Shown: positions 38,512 through 51,480 of the stretch, one piece after another
How the letters are laid out: each line of letters opens with the position of its first letter
Position numbering within the stretch: position 1 is the first letter of the stretch
Assembly: GCA_036785375.1 (NCBI GenBank)
Contig: JAWMAR010000061.1
Coordinates: 8,618,001 to 8,682,000, forward strand
Direction of reading: 5' to 3'
Source: Leucoraja ocellata
Lineage: Eukaryota
DNA: 64,000 nucleotides
The notes under the pieces: model-generated
Told to the model about the DNA's origin: nothing
Database searches by the model: none
Seen by the model: the letters and a program-made list of their open reading frames with translations, nothing else
Made by a program: the position numbers and the translations under genes

Positions 38512-38705
38512 TGTGTAGGAAGGAACTGCAGATGCTGGTTTAAACCGAAGATAGACACAAAATGCTGGAGGAACTCATTTGGAACAGGCAGCATCTCTGG
38601 AGAGATGAAGTCTGAAGAAGGGTCTCGACCCGAAACGTCACCCATTTCTTCTCTCCAGAAATGCTGCTTGTCCCGCTGAGTTGCTCCAGCATTCTGTGTC
38701 TTATC
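38512..38705. mobile_element. Penelope-derived fold-back element with intact hammerhead-like core (+), 16-bp TSD
   Basis: ttctgtgaatgagaaa (38496-38511)/ttctgtgaatgggaaa (38706-38721); core at 38612-38639. Confidence 0.92.
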
Positions 38706-39114
38706 TTCTGTGAATGGGAAACATGACTTCATAATCAACTTTTTCTGTGGTGGCAATATTAAATGTTGAATTTCAGGCAATGTTTAAAAGAAATATAACT
38801 GATTAAAAGAAATATAATATCTACATTTGTTTCATTATAACAACAATTATGACTTAAATTTCATTTTCAACAGGAAGCTAAATTTTCATTGACCTGAATG
38901 AAATTGGTCCTTGGTCTGTCTGTCTTTGAAAGGAAAGAGAAAATTAGATTGCTCAAATTGCTGTCTGCTCATGTTCTTTATTCCACATGTAGTATTTATA
39001 TAAAACTCCAAGCATTCTTTTGTGTTATTGCAGCTGGCTTCAATGGTGTTCAACAGGGTTCCACAGTTAGTTTGTGCCCTCTGCTAGGACAAACTGATCA
39101 ATTGCATTTACTAC

Positions 39115-39322
39115 TTAGAGTGATACAGTGTGGAAACATCGGCCCAACTGTCATCGGCCCAACCGGCCACACCGACCAACGTGTCCCAGCTACACTAGTT
39201 CCACCTGCCTGCATTTGGCCCATATCTCTCAAACCTGTCCTATCCATGTGCCTGTCCATAACTGTTTCTTAAACATTGGGATAGTCCCTGCCTCAACGAC
39301 TTCCTCTGGTAGCTTGTTCCAC
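39115..39322 (-). mobile_element. CR1 3' tail fragment
   Basis: Reverse complement of 47508-47724. Confidence 0.85.
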
Positions 39323-39589
39323 AATCATTGTTTGATTGATGTTTGGCTAGCTTTGCTGCAAATGGTATCCAAGGTCAAAATCCAACTTGCCAGTCATGTA
39401 GATGTCATATTCTTGCTTTTTCATTTTTTAGACTAAACATGGGGCATAAAGGGATAGTTAAGTGACTGATGCCTTTTGTAGATGTCACTAAAATAGGTGG
39501 TTGTAAGATATTACGGCAGATAGAAAACAAAGCACAGGTTTTCAGTCCACGCTGTTGCCAGTGTGGGTCTTCTTTATTTTATAAAAGTA

Positions 39590-40065
39590 CACTGCGCAAG
39601 AAGTTGCCTGGATTAAAGAGTATTAATTATCAGGAAAGGTTGGACAGGTTTGAATTGCTTTCTCTGGAACGTCAGAGGATGGGAAGAGACCTGATGGAGA
39701 TGTTGGTAAGACCGTGTGAGGGATAGGAGGAGTAGACAGTCAGAACATTTTTCCCAATGTAAAATTGTAAAATATTGGAGGGCATAGCTTTAGGATGAGG
39801 GGGAGAGGGAGTTTAAAGGAGATGTGTGAGGCAAGTGTTCGAGTGGAAGGTGTCTTGGCTGTGGTGCCAGGGTAGGTGGTGGAAGGGAAGCAATAAGATG
39901 GCGCTGTTTAAGATACATTTACAAAGACAAATTAATATGCAGGGAATGAGTGATATAGACCATTTGGAAGCAAATAGATTTTATTTACCGTAATTCGCTA
40001 CCATGGTTGGCACACACATCATGGGCCTTGGGGCCTGTTCCTGTACTCCACTGTTCAACATTCTA
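39590..40065 (+). mobile_element. CR1 3' fragment
   Basis: LPGLKSINYQERLDRFELLSLERQRMGRDLME. Confidence 0.8.
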
Positions 40066-41879
40066 AATGTAAGCGGGACTCGAGGGAAATCAAAGCATTT
40101 TTAATTCAAAAGCTTGATTTTTGGGAAACGTTTCTTGGTAACACTAAATTAATAATTAATGCAAATATGAAAGATTTCTGCTGGAGGCATCATTTTGTAT
40201 TTGATACTGCTCTGTTCTTGATAGCACAGACAAAGTGACTCTCCCCTTCCCAGAACTTATGCATATTATCAAAACTATGATTGCTTTCACACACGCACGC
40301 CCACCCACCCCCCCCCCCCCCCCCCCCCGGAGAAAGGGGGAGAAGGAGTGGGAAACCAAGCCAAACAAAGCCAAGAAACCTTTATCTGGAAATTTGTGAG
40401 TTTCTTAGATGAGCAACAGCTGAAGAAAAATGGCAGCATTCTTGGCTGTCGTTGCTGCAGCATGGCTGGCCTGTATTAGTTTGGACTCTTATCAGATATT
40501 TATGGCTTGCATAAGAGGTGTTAGAGAATCAGTGCTGTGCATTTATTTGGACTTCAGAAAGAGAGCTAGGTTTCAATATTTTTTTCTTTCAGCAGATAAA
40601 AATATGTGAACAAATCTGCTGGAAAATTGTGGAAACAATCCCTAAAATAACCAGAGTTAGGAAGCAGATAAAGTGAGAAATGCATGCCAGTAATGAAAGA
40701 GAAATATGTTATTATTTTGGCTGCAGACTTCTGTAAAACAGAAAGATCTTTCTTTCCATGTGCTGAGACACCAAGTGTACATTTCCAACACTTGCACCTT
40801 CAGATTTCTGGCATTCCCAATTTTATTTCTCTTATTGGAAGTAAATTTGCTATTATTGGTTTATTGCTTTTTAATGGTAAGTAAATCTGCAGCATGGTTA
40901 TAAAGCAAGGGGACGAAGGGTATCTTTGTATTTACTGGGCATTTAATTACATTTGTGAACAAACCTTTATAGAATACCTGGATGTTTTTACTATTTTGAA
41001 ATGATTCTCTACACTAATACTTCTATAATACTCTGGAGTCATAGAGCTGTACAGCACAGAATCAGGCCCTTTGACCCACCTATACATGCCAATGTGATTG
41101 GCTTACTGAACTATTCCAATTTGCCTACATTTGACCCATGGACCTATAAACACTTCCTATCCATATATCTGTCCAAAGCCTATAAAAAATTGTAATTGCA
41201 TCCACTTCTATAGCTTTCTCTGACAGCTCATTCCAGATATGGACTTCCCTCTGGGAGAAAATGTTGCCGCTAGTTTCACAGCTAATCTGTAAGTGCTGAT
41301 TCTGGGCAGAAGTGGCAGCCTGTGGCACAGTAAATAAAGTGAGAACGAGAAATAGGACATCTGTGATTAGTGCCATAAGTCTTTTATCACCTGTAAATGC
41401 AGTCAACCTGGTCATGATTCACTGTCTTTTCTCAAAGGTGAGGTTTCTGTCAACGTGGCAAATGCACCTGACTGCATTGAGTCATTAGCCTCGATTAAGG
41501 GCTTGTCCTGGAATGTAACTGAATACATAGTATTTTGCCTCTGGTTTGATCCCTTCGAATGTGTCAGTAGTGATGTTTGAATAAATAGATCAGTCAATAT
41601 GCTTGCTTAGTCATACGGGAGTATTTTCTAAAGAAAACTAATTACTTCAAAGCCCTTAAAGAGCCTGATTAATTGTCAGTTTAACAGCTGATGTTTATAA
41701 GCTGTTGAACAATCTAGCTGCAGAAGCAATTTTCTGTTTTAATTTCAGCTCTCCTAGCCCGAATATAAAGATTTTAAAACAAGCTAGTAAATGAACATTT
41801 CTTGGGACCTGAAGTGCTCTCGTATTTTAAACTTGTGCTCTAAAAATGGCCGATTACTAATAGTTTATTTGTATTGCAG

Positions 41880-41993
41880 GCAATAACTGTACGAGACTCA
41901 ATGGCAAAGTCTTTGTACGATGCCCTTTTTGACTGGATTGTATTCCGAATTAACCATGCTCTTCTTAACAATCGAGATCTGGAAGAGCATAAG
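41880..41993 (+). CDS. MYO9A: MYO9A exon 10
   Basis: gtattgcag|GCA; [38 protein letters not shown]; donor AAG|gtgagt; 114 nt. Confidence 0.97.
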
Positions 41994-42856
41994 GTGAGTC
42001 ACAGCGGCTTTTTGATAGATTAGTTTTCAAGAGGCGGTTTGACATTTAGATGCCTCCGCATAATTTCTTCAATAAATGTAAGTGTTTGTATTCTCAATGA
42101 TGAGATGGCCGTGGAGTTTCGGGCATCATGAATGCTATCCAGCAATTGCATTTGTCCATTGCATAGTGCAATGGTATTGTCTCGGACCACCTGCAGTTTT
42201 TCCTGTCTCTTCCACCACTTTGCTGCCCCATTGAAGTATGGTTGCAAGCTGTTGAACAAGATCCAGCTGCAGAAACACTTTTCTATTTTAATTTCAGCTC
42301 TCCTAACCCAAATGTAAAAAAATTAAGATAAGCCAGTAAAGGAACAGATCCTCGGTCTGAAGTGCTATCATATATTTTAACATTTATATTCTTAAAAAAA
42401 TGGCCTGTTACTAATGGTTTATTTGTGTTACTGCCACATTGTTAGTCCTATTGAAATATGATGCAAATGCTGGCACAAAGACTATCCGTTTGCCAGATGC
42501 TATCAATTGTGTTCATCAACATAGGTCTTCAGTTAATTGGCTTGGTAAAAGTAAAAAATGTCAGTGTGAGTTAATGTGCTAATATGCAGGGATCGCTGGT
42601 CGGCGTGAACCCGGTGTGTCGAAAGGGCTTGTATCTCTAAACTAAATTGGATAATTTCATTCTTAGTTTCAATGAAAATCAAAAGTCTGCACAATCTGGA
42701 ATCTAAATATAAACAGAAAATGGAGGAAGCACTCAGCTGTGCAGCAGCATCTGTGGAAAGAAAAACAGGGTTAATCTTTCAGATCTGAGATTCTTCATCT
42801 GAATTGCAATTAGAAGTAAGTTGTCAGTAAAGTAAATCCAACTTTTGTTTTTGTAG

Positions 42857-42991
42857 ATTCTCTCCATTGGTGTATTGGATATCTTTGGCTTTGAGGACTA
42901 TGAGAATAACAGCTTTGAACAGTTCTGTATTAACTTTGCAAATGAGCGACTTCAGCACTACTTCAATCAACATATCTTCAAAATAGAGCAG
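42857..42991 (+). CDS. MYO9A: MYO9A exon 11 (switch II / relay)
   Basis: tttttgtag|ATT; [45 protein letters not shown]; donor CAG|gtaaaa; 135 nt. Confidence 0.98.
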
Positions 42992-43091
42992 GTAAAATTG
43001 ATTTCATGATTCTTATCCCCTGAATGAGAAGCTCAACATTGCATCGTCCTAGGCGAGGTTGCCAGTTAGATTTGTTGGTATTTTAGTCTTA

Positions 43092-43279
43092 TGGGCCTGT
43101 CCCACTTAGGCTATTTTTTGGGCAACTTAAGGAGACTGCCGCAAAATTCTCAATATGTTGAAAAATTGTGGACGTCAGTGGCGACAATTTTTGCTGGCCT
43201 AGTTATTGTCGTAGATGCTGTCGTAGGTTATCGCCAGGTGGTTTCCATTAAAACTAGTCGCCTAAGTCGGACAGGCCCA
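43092..43279. mobile_element. PIF/Harbinger-type MITE
   Basis: TIRs tgggcctgtcccacttaggc/gcctaagtcggacaggccca; TTA TSD at 43089-43091 and 43280-43282; 100 nt downstream of exon 11. Confidence 0.85.
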
Positions 43280-43849
43280 TTATTTTCTGCATAATTCTGT
43301 GAGGCTATCAACATTGATGATGTGGGTAGGATTGCCACAGTATGGTTTTACTCATTGTGAAATCTGTAGTACTAATCCCAACCCTCCACCCCACTCCATC
43401 CTCCTTTACACCTAATTGTTCCCCCCCCCCCCACTTCACATATCTAATAATTTCACAATTTTACAGCTAAATTTACTTCTCAATGCTATTTAATGTCCCC
43501 TATATTTGTGTCCTCTTCAAAGTTTGGTCTCACTTCTCTTAGACCCAGAATGAATTATTTGAATGTAATAATTTATAAAATTCACAAAATGTCACCATGA
43601 TGTTTCCCATGGATGTGGTGTCCAGAACCTATGGTGTCAGTCTCAAACAAAACATGGGCTCTACCTTTAGGGTCTGAGATGAGAAGAGGTGGCTTTGTCC
43701 AGAATGTTGTAAATGTTTGGAATTCTCCACCCAAGAGGTATGTGAATACTCAATTGCAACCTATAGTTAAGGCAGAGATGGATTCTATGACCTTTAAGGA
43801 ATCAAAGAATGATTTATTGCATAGCAGAATGTGCATATGGTATTGGTAT

Positions 43850-44385
43850 TTGTTTATTAATGTCATGTGTACCGAGATATGGTGAAAGCTTTAGGCTGCA
43901 TGCTATCCAATTAAATCACATCATACTATACATGAATACAATAAAGCCATGCACAGAACAAAGAGAAAAATACCAGAGTGTAGAATTTTATTTACAGCAA
44001 TGTAGCATTACAGTTCCAGAGAAAAGACCCAATGTCTGCAAAGAGGTAGGTTGGAAGATTAGCACTACATCCTAACTTGTGGGAGAACATTCAGGTCCGA
44101 TAACTGAGTGGGAGAAGCCGTTCCTGAGTCGGCTTTTGTATCTTCTGCCCGGCAGCAATGGGGATTAGAGCGAAAAGATAGTTGATTATGTTGGCTGCTT
44201 GCTCGAGACAACGTGAAGTGTAGATGGAGTCGATGGTGGGAAGTCTGGTCTATATGATGCACTGGGCTACATCCACAACTCTGCAATTTCTCTTGAGCTG
44301 TTTCCAAACCAAGCTGTGGTGTATCCTGATAGCATGCTTTCTATGGTGCATCTGCAGAAGATTGTGAGAGATGTTAGAGACATAT
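43850..44385 (-). mobile_element. Rex1/Babar LINE 3' fragment, degraded
   Basis: Colinear with 32495-32980 (atggagtcgatggtgggaag...ccaagctgtggtgtatcctgatagcatgctttctatggtgcatctgcagaag). Confidence 0.75.
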
Positions 44386-44692
44386 GAAAATGGCCTCTTC
44401 TTGGGTTCATTCACGTGAATCGAGACCCACGACAATATGGTTTACTCTTAACCGTTAGTTTATTTCAGAGGGCAGATTGAAGTGGGCAATATTTGCCCAC
44501 AGGCATCCACATCCCACAAATGACTAATAGGAATACTGTGTGGGTGGTCAGCCTTCGGCAAGTTGTGTCATCATCATCACCATCTTTTAAAGTAGTGTTG
44601 TGCAGATGCATGAATTAATCTAGTTCTCAGTCTGCACATAACAGAATTATAACTTTCACCACCTTTTCTTGATTGGTACTTGGATCGGTCTT

Positions 44693-44790
44693 ATTTCTCA
44701 CAATATAGAATGTGGGACAGTAAAGCACAGGAACAGGCCAAAGATTTCTCACAATATAGAATGTGGGACAGTAAAGCACAGGAACAGGCC
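44693..44790 (+). repeat. Exact 47-bp tandem duplication (period 51)
   Basis: atttctcacaatatagaatgtgggacagtaaagcacaggaacaggcc at 44693-44739 and 44744-44790. Confidence 0.95.
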
Positions 44791-44919
44791 TCTCAGAAGG
44801 GTCTCGACCTGAAACATCTCCCATTCCTTCTATCCAGAGATGCTGCCTGTTCCGCTGAGTTATTCTAGCATTTTGTGTGTCTATCTTCGGTGTAAACTAG
44901 CATCTGCAGTTCCTTCCTA
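44791..44919 (+). mobile_element. Penelope-derived short element inserted in a CR1 tail
   Basis: cacaggaacag at 44777-44787 and 44920-44930; CR1 continues 44920-45250 on - strand. Confidence 0.8.
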
Positions 44920-46597
44920 CACAGGAACAGACCCATCAGTTCACAATGTGCAGAGAGTGTTACCAGATTAAACAAATTCCTTCTTTCTGCCTGTACGTAA
45001 TCTGTGCCCTCCATGCTCTGCATATCATGTGCTGATCTAAAAGCCTCTTAAATGCCACTGTCGTATCTGCTTCCATCGCTACCCCTGGCAATACATTCCA
45101 GGCACCTACCACTCTCTGTGTAAAAGGAAACTTGCTCCGCACATCCCCTTTAAAGTTTCCCCCTCTGACCTTAAAGCTATGCCCTCTGGTATTTGACATT
45201 TCCATGCTTAGAAAAAGATTCTGAGTCTCCTGTTTATGCCTCTCATAATTAATTATACTATATGTGATTGAATATATTTTTTTAATACTATCCTTGTTCC
45301 TTCTTTGGTAAGAGACAATATCTTATTTAAATTTTGTCCACCCTTGCTTCTTTGCAACTGTTTCATATTGAAGCTGTTCTACCAAGTGCCACTTTAAGGA
45401 AAAATGTGACAACTGGATATTGGTACACGATTATTTTCGAAGTTATTTAATACTAGTGTTCACAATCCTCGTGGCTCTGTGCCAACAATTCAAACAATAT
45501 TGTTTTTCTTCAATGTTCTGTTCCTTCTACGGTCACACACAAAGTGAGATTTTTTGTTTCTTGTTGCATACCCGAAGATAGTGTCACATGAAGTGTTCCA
45601 TGAAGCAGCAGCTGACATTTCAGGTTCTTTGTTTTGCTGTTCAATAAGCTGCATTTTTTGCATTCAAATATTACAGAAAGTCTTCTGTCTATTCTTGGTC
45701 AGCTGCTCCTGCATTGTAGGCATGCCCTGCGAGTCAATCTGAATGAATTCATTCATCAGGCAGCATTGCATGAGGTACTGTCATACTCTCCTTCAATTAG
45801 ATTATAAAGCAGACATGGCTACAGCTCTCCAATTTAAACTGCAGCTAATTATTAACCACTCTTTCGCGCGTTCTTTCATTTTCCTTGTTCATAATTGAAA
45901 CCGTCTCAGAGGAACTTTTGACTTCTATTTCCTGGCAAAGTTTTGCGCAATGTATTCAGAAAACAAAAAGCGAATATTTCTCCAGGGATATTACAATTTT
46001 ACCCTGTCAGGAGAAACGTGGAGAGGGAAAAAAGATTCATTTCACTGAGACAAAAACTGGAACAAATAAAAGATATTTGCATCTCCCAGCAATTAATTCT
46101 TGAATAAAAGCTTTGAAAATGCTTGAGACAATTAGCAGGTTGGGCAGCATCTATGGGGAGAGGAGTAGTTAATGTTTCAAGACGATGATATAGAACCTAG
46201 AACAGTACAGCACAGGAACGAGCCCTTCTTGCCTACAGTGTTAGTGTCAAACATGCCAAGATAAGCTAATCTTAAAAGTAAAAAACAAGATTTTTGAATT
46301 TGTTTGCATTTTTTATATCCCAAAATAATTTTTAAAGTATTATTTCACTGTACCTCGGTACACATGACAAACTAAACCGAACTGTTAATAAACTAACACG
46401 AGACAATAAACTAAACTGGTCAGGCCCTTCAATAGGTAAGCAGCTTATAGGACAACACTTCGCCATGGACACCAACAGCAAGGAATGATATGCGTGCCTG
46501 CGTCTTTTGGTCCATAAAAAATAGCACTGTGGACAATAAATGTAGACATTTCCAGCAACATCCATCTCGTGTATTAACAATAAAGATACTTGTACAT

Positions 46598-46683
46598 AGG
46601 GTCTCAACCCGAAACGTCACCCATTCCTTCTCTCCGGAGATGCTGCCTGTCTTGCTGCGTTACTCCGGCATTTTGTGTCTATC
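46598..46683 (+). mobile_element. Penelope-derived short element, 5' truncated within the core
   Basis: agggtctcaacccgaaacgtcacccattcc...; tacttgtacat/tacttctacat flanks. Confidence 0.8.
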
Positions 46684-47507
46684 TACTTCTACATCGAAGG
46701 GAGTGAAGACGTACAGACAAGATATTTAAACCACATGTCCACCCTTATTAACAGTGCTGTTTTGATCTTGAAGCATAGAATGTGGAAGCGTGTATTAATA
46801 TCACAGTGTAGGATAAGCCATTTTCTTTGCATGATGGCCTGGACATATTGATTTCCCTCATTACACATCTACCATGATGTCAGTTGACAATTGATTTATC
46901 AGTACAGTACTGAGCCAGAAGCCAAGAAAGTGCCAGACTGAATTCCCGACATATATCAGCCCACCTACGCTCGACAGCATCTGCAGTTAAAATCCCAAAT
47001 AGTTTATTGTTTTACTCAGTATGGATTTGCACATGGGCAGCAGTAGCATACATACATTTCAGTTACTGTATCAGAATAATGTACTTTAAAGAATGCAAGA
47101 TGCTTGTTTCCACTATTACTAGCTTTCTCATTTCTCTTCCAAAAAAACCCCAAAACCAATGAAGTGATCCATCATTGCACTCAAGGGAAGTTCTCTTTGT
47201 ATGTTGTAATTTAAAAAATTCAAGATCAACATTCATGAGGAAGTGAGAAGTGATATATTTAGTGCATAACTAATAAGATGACCCAGTTTATAATCCTCCA
47301 AATGGATTCATCTCAAAGCTGCAAGGACACAGTTGTGAATATTTCTTTTCTGTAATTTCTAACCTACATGCACAACCGACCCATCATCAATGTGAATATC
47401 AAACTCCTTGGCTTCTGTTTAAGTCACAGTGTTGCTTTCCTCCTCTGTTCGCTGTTTCCGCCAGGCTTTTCTGTTCCTCATTATATGGGCGTATATTCCT
47501 CCGTATT

Positions 47508-47724
47508 TTCACACAAAGGGTGGTGGGTGTATGGAACAAGCTGTCAAAGGAGGTAGTTGAGGCTGGGACTATCCCAACGTTTAAGAGACAGTTGGACAGA
47601 TACATGGATAGGACAGGTTTGGAGGGATATGGACCAAACGCCGGCAGATGGGACTAGTGTAGCTGGGACATGTTGGCTGGTGTGGGCAAGTTAGGCCGAA
47701 GGGTCTGTTTCCACACTGTATCAC
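47508..47724 (+). mobile_element. CR1 3' tail fragment
   Basis: ttcacacaaagggtggtgggtgtatggaac...ggccgaagggtctgtttccacactgtatca. Confidence 0.88.
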
Positions 47725-50689
47725 CATGGCCTGTTGTACATCCTCAATTTCCATATTATTGGTCAGGCCATTGCAGTACACTTTAGAATTTATATTCCCT
47801 GACCCCTTTGTCTCATCCATTTTAATATAGTCCCTGGTTTGTCGCCTTGACTGTGTTATTGGATCTTTCACCCGATTCTGCTTTTTGTAACTCTTATAAA
47901 GTTTTGTCTGGCAGTCCTCCTGTGGAAAATTTGTTGTCTTATGACACAAGATAAATGTAAGAGGCTCTTGTTATTTATTACCAGTTGCTGAACCACAAGT
48001 GCATTTCAATTTCAGTGCAATCTGTTCAAAAATATTCTAGGTGATATGAACATTTTTCGCTTTGCTTTTTCCTTGCGTTTTTTCCTACCCACTCGACTTA
48101 ATCGCGCTTATGCTCTTGTCCACTTCTCTATTCACCCTCTTGGCAAGTTGATAAAGGCAAGGATGACAAGCAATGCAACCTTGTGGCAGTATGAATGGGA
48201 GAGGGACGGGAAAGGCTAAGATGGGGAGGGGAATGGAGATGCAAGTATTAGATTCAAATTCAGAGCAGCACACAAAGATGTATGTGCAGATGGCCTTGAA
48301 GGGAATTATTCCACACATACAAGAATGACGCTATGAAAGAGATTGGTTTAATCCAAGGACATCAGATTTATGGAATCATTTACTAGAAATGGATTTTGAG
48401 GCAGCCATGATAAATAGGTTTGAAAGTTTGGTGGGATTAATTTTTAAAAAGGCAGACATCTGATGTGTGTGAAGGTGAGCACTTGTTCATTTTCTCGTGG
48501 AATAATAATTTTGCAGTTGTTACTTAGTTTAAGAAACACTTGACAGCAGTGAACAAAGGATGTTGAATACTGATGAATTTTTAATTTAGTGCCACTTGAC
48601 TTTAGGTTAATGGAGTGGCATAGAAAAGATAAAATGAAGCATATTTCCAGATTTTGTGTGTGGTGTGCGGAGGTCAAGTAGGATTGTGCTTTATCTTTAA
48701 GCTTTGAAAAATGTTGAAGCTAAGTAGCAGTAGATGTAAACTTGGCTGTGCGAATGTTCTCAAGGGAGGGAACATAAAAGATGTTGGTTGCCCAGAACTG
48801 CCTTGCTGTACTGTCTGCGCACTTGCCTGGGTTGTTTGTTTTGAACCAATTTTAAATAGTTTAAAAGCTTTTATGCCATCTGTGTCCCAAACACTATTGG
48901 TGCTTAGCCACTTAACAGCCTTGCCCGATCCTTCACCACATGTCTCAAGGGAATAATGCAATATTAATACATGGCAGTCTCCTTAAATGGTCAAGATTTA
49001 TCACTGAATACTATATTTCCTTATAAATTCAGTCTTTCCAGCTGTTCAATATTTTGGTTTAAATACATTTCAACAACTTGCTAAATGATGGTATTATTGG
49101 AAAGAGCTTTTGAATATTGACACATTTATGTTTTCAGACAGATGAATAAACAGCTTTTGTCTGCAACTTATACTTTGCATTTCTAAATTTTTTGTCTTCA
49201 TAAATTCCAGGAAATGCTAAATTCCAGAGCGTGGAAATATTACAAATGCCTTTCATATTAATAACCCTATGAGACTTTCTTTTTAAAGAGCTTGCTGAAA
49301 CATAAAAACACATTACATTGCTGTTGTTTTGTTGGCTGGAGTCGGGCCATGTCACTTTGGCAAGCATTTTGGAACCTAAAGGGATGAAACAGAATTTGAG
49401 ATGAGGTCATATATGGTAGCAGTGATTCCATGTGATGCCCTCCCTCTGCAGACTGGCTCATTATATACACACTGCATAGTTACGCAGTAAAGGAGGAATA
49501 TTCACAGCTGCCTCTCCCTTGTGTTTAAATTTGCTGAGTGATGGGGGTGGGGCGTGTTGGGTTAATAACAATGCAAGCCCTGTTTTAGTTGTGCAACTTT
49601 ATAGAAGGGCAAACAAAAAAATCATGTGCATTTATATGTTATGGACTTAAGAAATAGGTCTCTTCTTTATATGCTGCAAGTTAAAGGGGATGGCAAGGCT
49701 TTCATATTGGTATCACATGCATCCAGATACAGTGAAATGCTTTGCAAGCTATCCAGTCAAATCATATTATACATGAATACAATCCAGCCGTACACAAGTA
49801 AACATGAAGACAAAGAGAGGAATACCAGACTACAGAAGAGAGTGTTACTGCATTATATAGTTACAGAGAAAATGTGCAAGGTATGCCATGAGTTAGGTTG
49901 GACGATCAGGTCTCCACTAGATTATGGGAGAACCATTGAGTGACAATAATGGGGGAGAAGCTGTTCCTGAATCTGGTGGGACATGCTTTCTTGAAACTTC
50001 CATCTCCACAGCACAGTGGGTGCATCTTTAGAGCTTTAACAAGATCAAATAAAGAACAGTCTGATGACTGCTGCTTTTAAAAGCAGTTGGTTGAGGAATG
50101 ACTATTGGGAGAGTTCCTTGCACCCGTTTGAATAATGTAAAGTCAGTGATGATCGCCAAACAAGTGGAGCTTGCAGTTGTGCTGGGTTTGGTTCAATTAC
50201 TCATACGTTATTTTGCCAGAATACAAGGATTCCCACACTTCACACCACATAAAGAGGAGGCAGTTTGGGCCATTGAGTCTGTTGCAGTTCTCAATGAAAT
50301 TCCATCAATTCCTTGATCCCGCTTATTTCCCTCCACACCACTCTTCCTCACATGCCCACCAAATCCACCTTGATACTGCTGCTGCCCACCACATAAGTGG
50401 TGATTTACTGTAGTCAATCAACCTGCCAACAAGCATGACCTTGGAGACATGAGACTGCAGAAGCTGGAATCTAGAGCAAAAAAAGGAGCATGTTCATGGG
50501 ATGTGGTAGGAAATCATAACATTTGAGGGAAACCCATGTGGTCACAAGGAAAATGTGCAAACTCTATGTAACCATACTGAAGAGTGGGACCAAACTCAGA
50601 TTGCTGGAGCTGCCAAGCAGCAATGTAACTGATATATTTATTAATTTTTAATTTATTTTTTGGGGTCTTGCCAATGGTAGCAAGCTCAT

Positions 50690-50960
50690 TTGGCCTTGAA
50701 AAGGTAATGGCAAGCTGCCATGTATCAGTGTGACAAAGGAACACCCATTGTACCATAGGGGTGGACTTTCAAGGTGCAGATCCAGTGACAATGAAATATA
50801 TATTTCTAAGCCAGCGAGATGTGAAATTTGGAGGGGAATATGCAGGCTGCGTTCTAATTCCTTATGTAGCTATGTATGTGGTTTGGGAGGTACATTTGGA
50901 CATATGGTAGATGTACTGCAGCCACTGTGAGTGATGGGGTGTAATCATGTGTTCCCAATA
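50690..50960 (-). mobile_element. L2/SacSINE1-related 3' remnant
   Basis: ccttgaaaaggtaatggcaagctgcc is the reverse of the ggcagctcaccaccacctt tail also seen on + at ~23065-23130; degraded. Confidence 0.5.
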
Positions 50961-51480
50961 GGGGAAATGCATGCTCGCAGTATGCACCTTGGATGACCCT
51001 CCCCACTTCAGAATCATGTCTATTAAGCTTAACTCTCATTCTATTGTACTGTTGGGTTTATACTGCTCTACCTTCCTTCAAGTGCCACCCACTTCATCAC
51101 AGGAATTGTGTCGGGTAGCAGCCTCCTGTGCATTTAGGAGGACTACATGCACATGAAGTAGATGCCAATATGGAGACCAAAACTGTGTGCAGAATTCCAA
51201 GTATAGACACCCCGGCCCTCTTTAAGGTGGTAGAAAAGTTGTTGTGCTTTGACATGCACACCTTTTGCCAAAAAGGCCAGCATTTCATTAGCCTTTCTAG
51301 CTACGTGGAATAATTGCATCTCACTTTTCTCGACTCACGTACTTGGACCTTCAGATCGCTTTGTACTGCGACATTTTGTGGTCTCGCTCTATTTAAATAA
51401 TTATATGGTTCTTTCCAGAGACTCATGTTTGCCCACATTATACTCCATCTGTGAATCTTGCCCACTTACTTAATCTATCA

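Noticed and set aside
44693-44790. Direct repeats as a CRISPR-like array
   Set aside because: Only two adjacent copies, no spacers, eukaryotic context.
47581-47949. 122-aa minus-strand ORF
   Set aside because: Runs into a CR1 tail; the remainder is unrecognisable.
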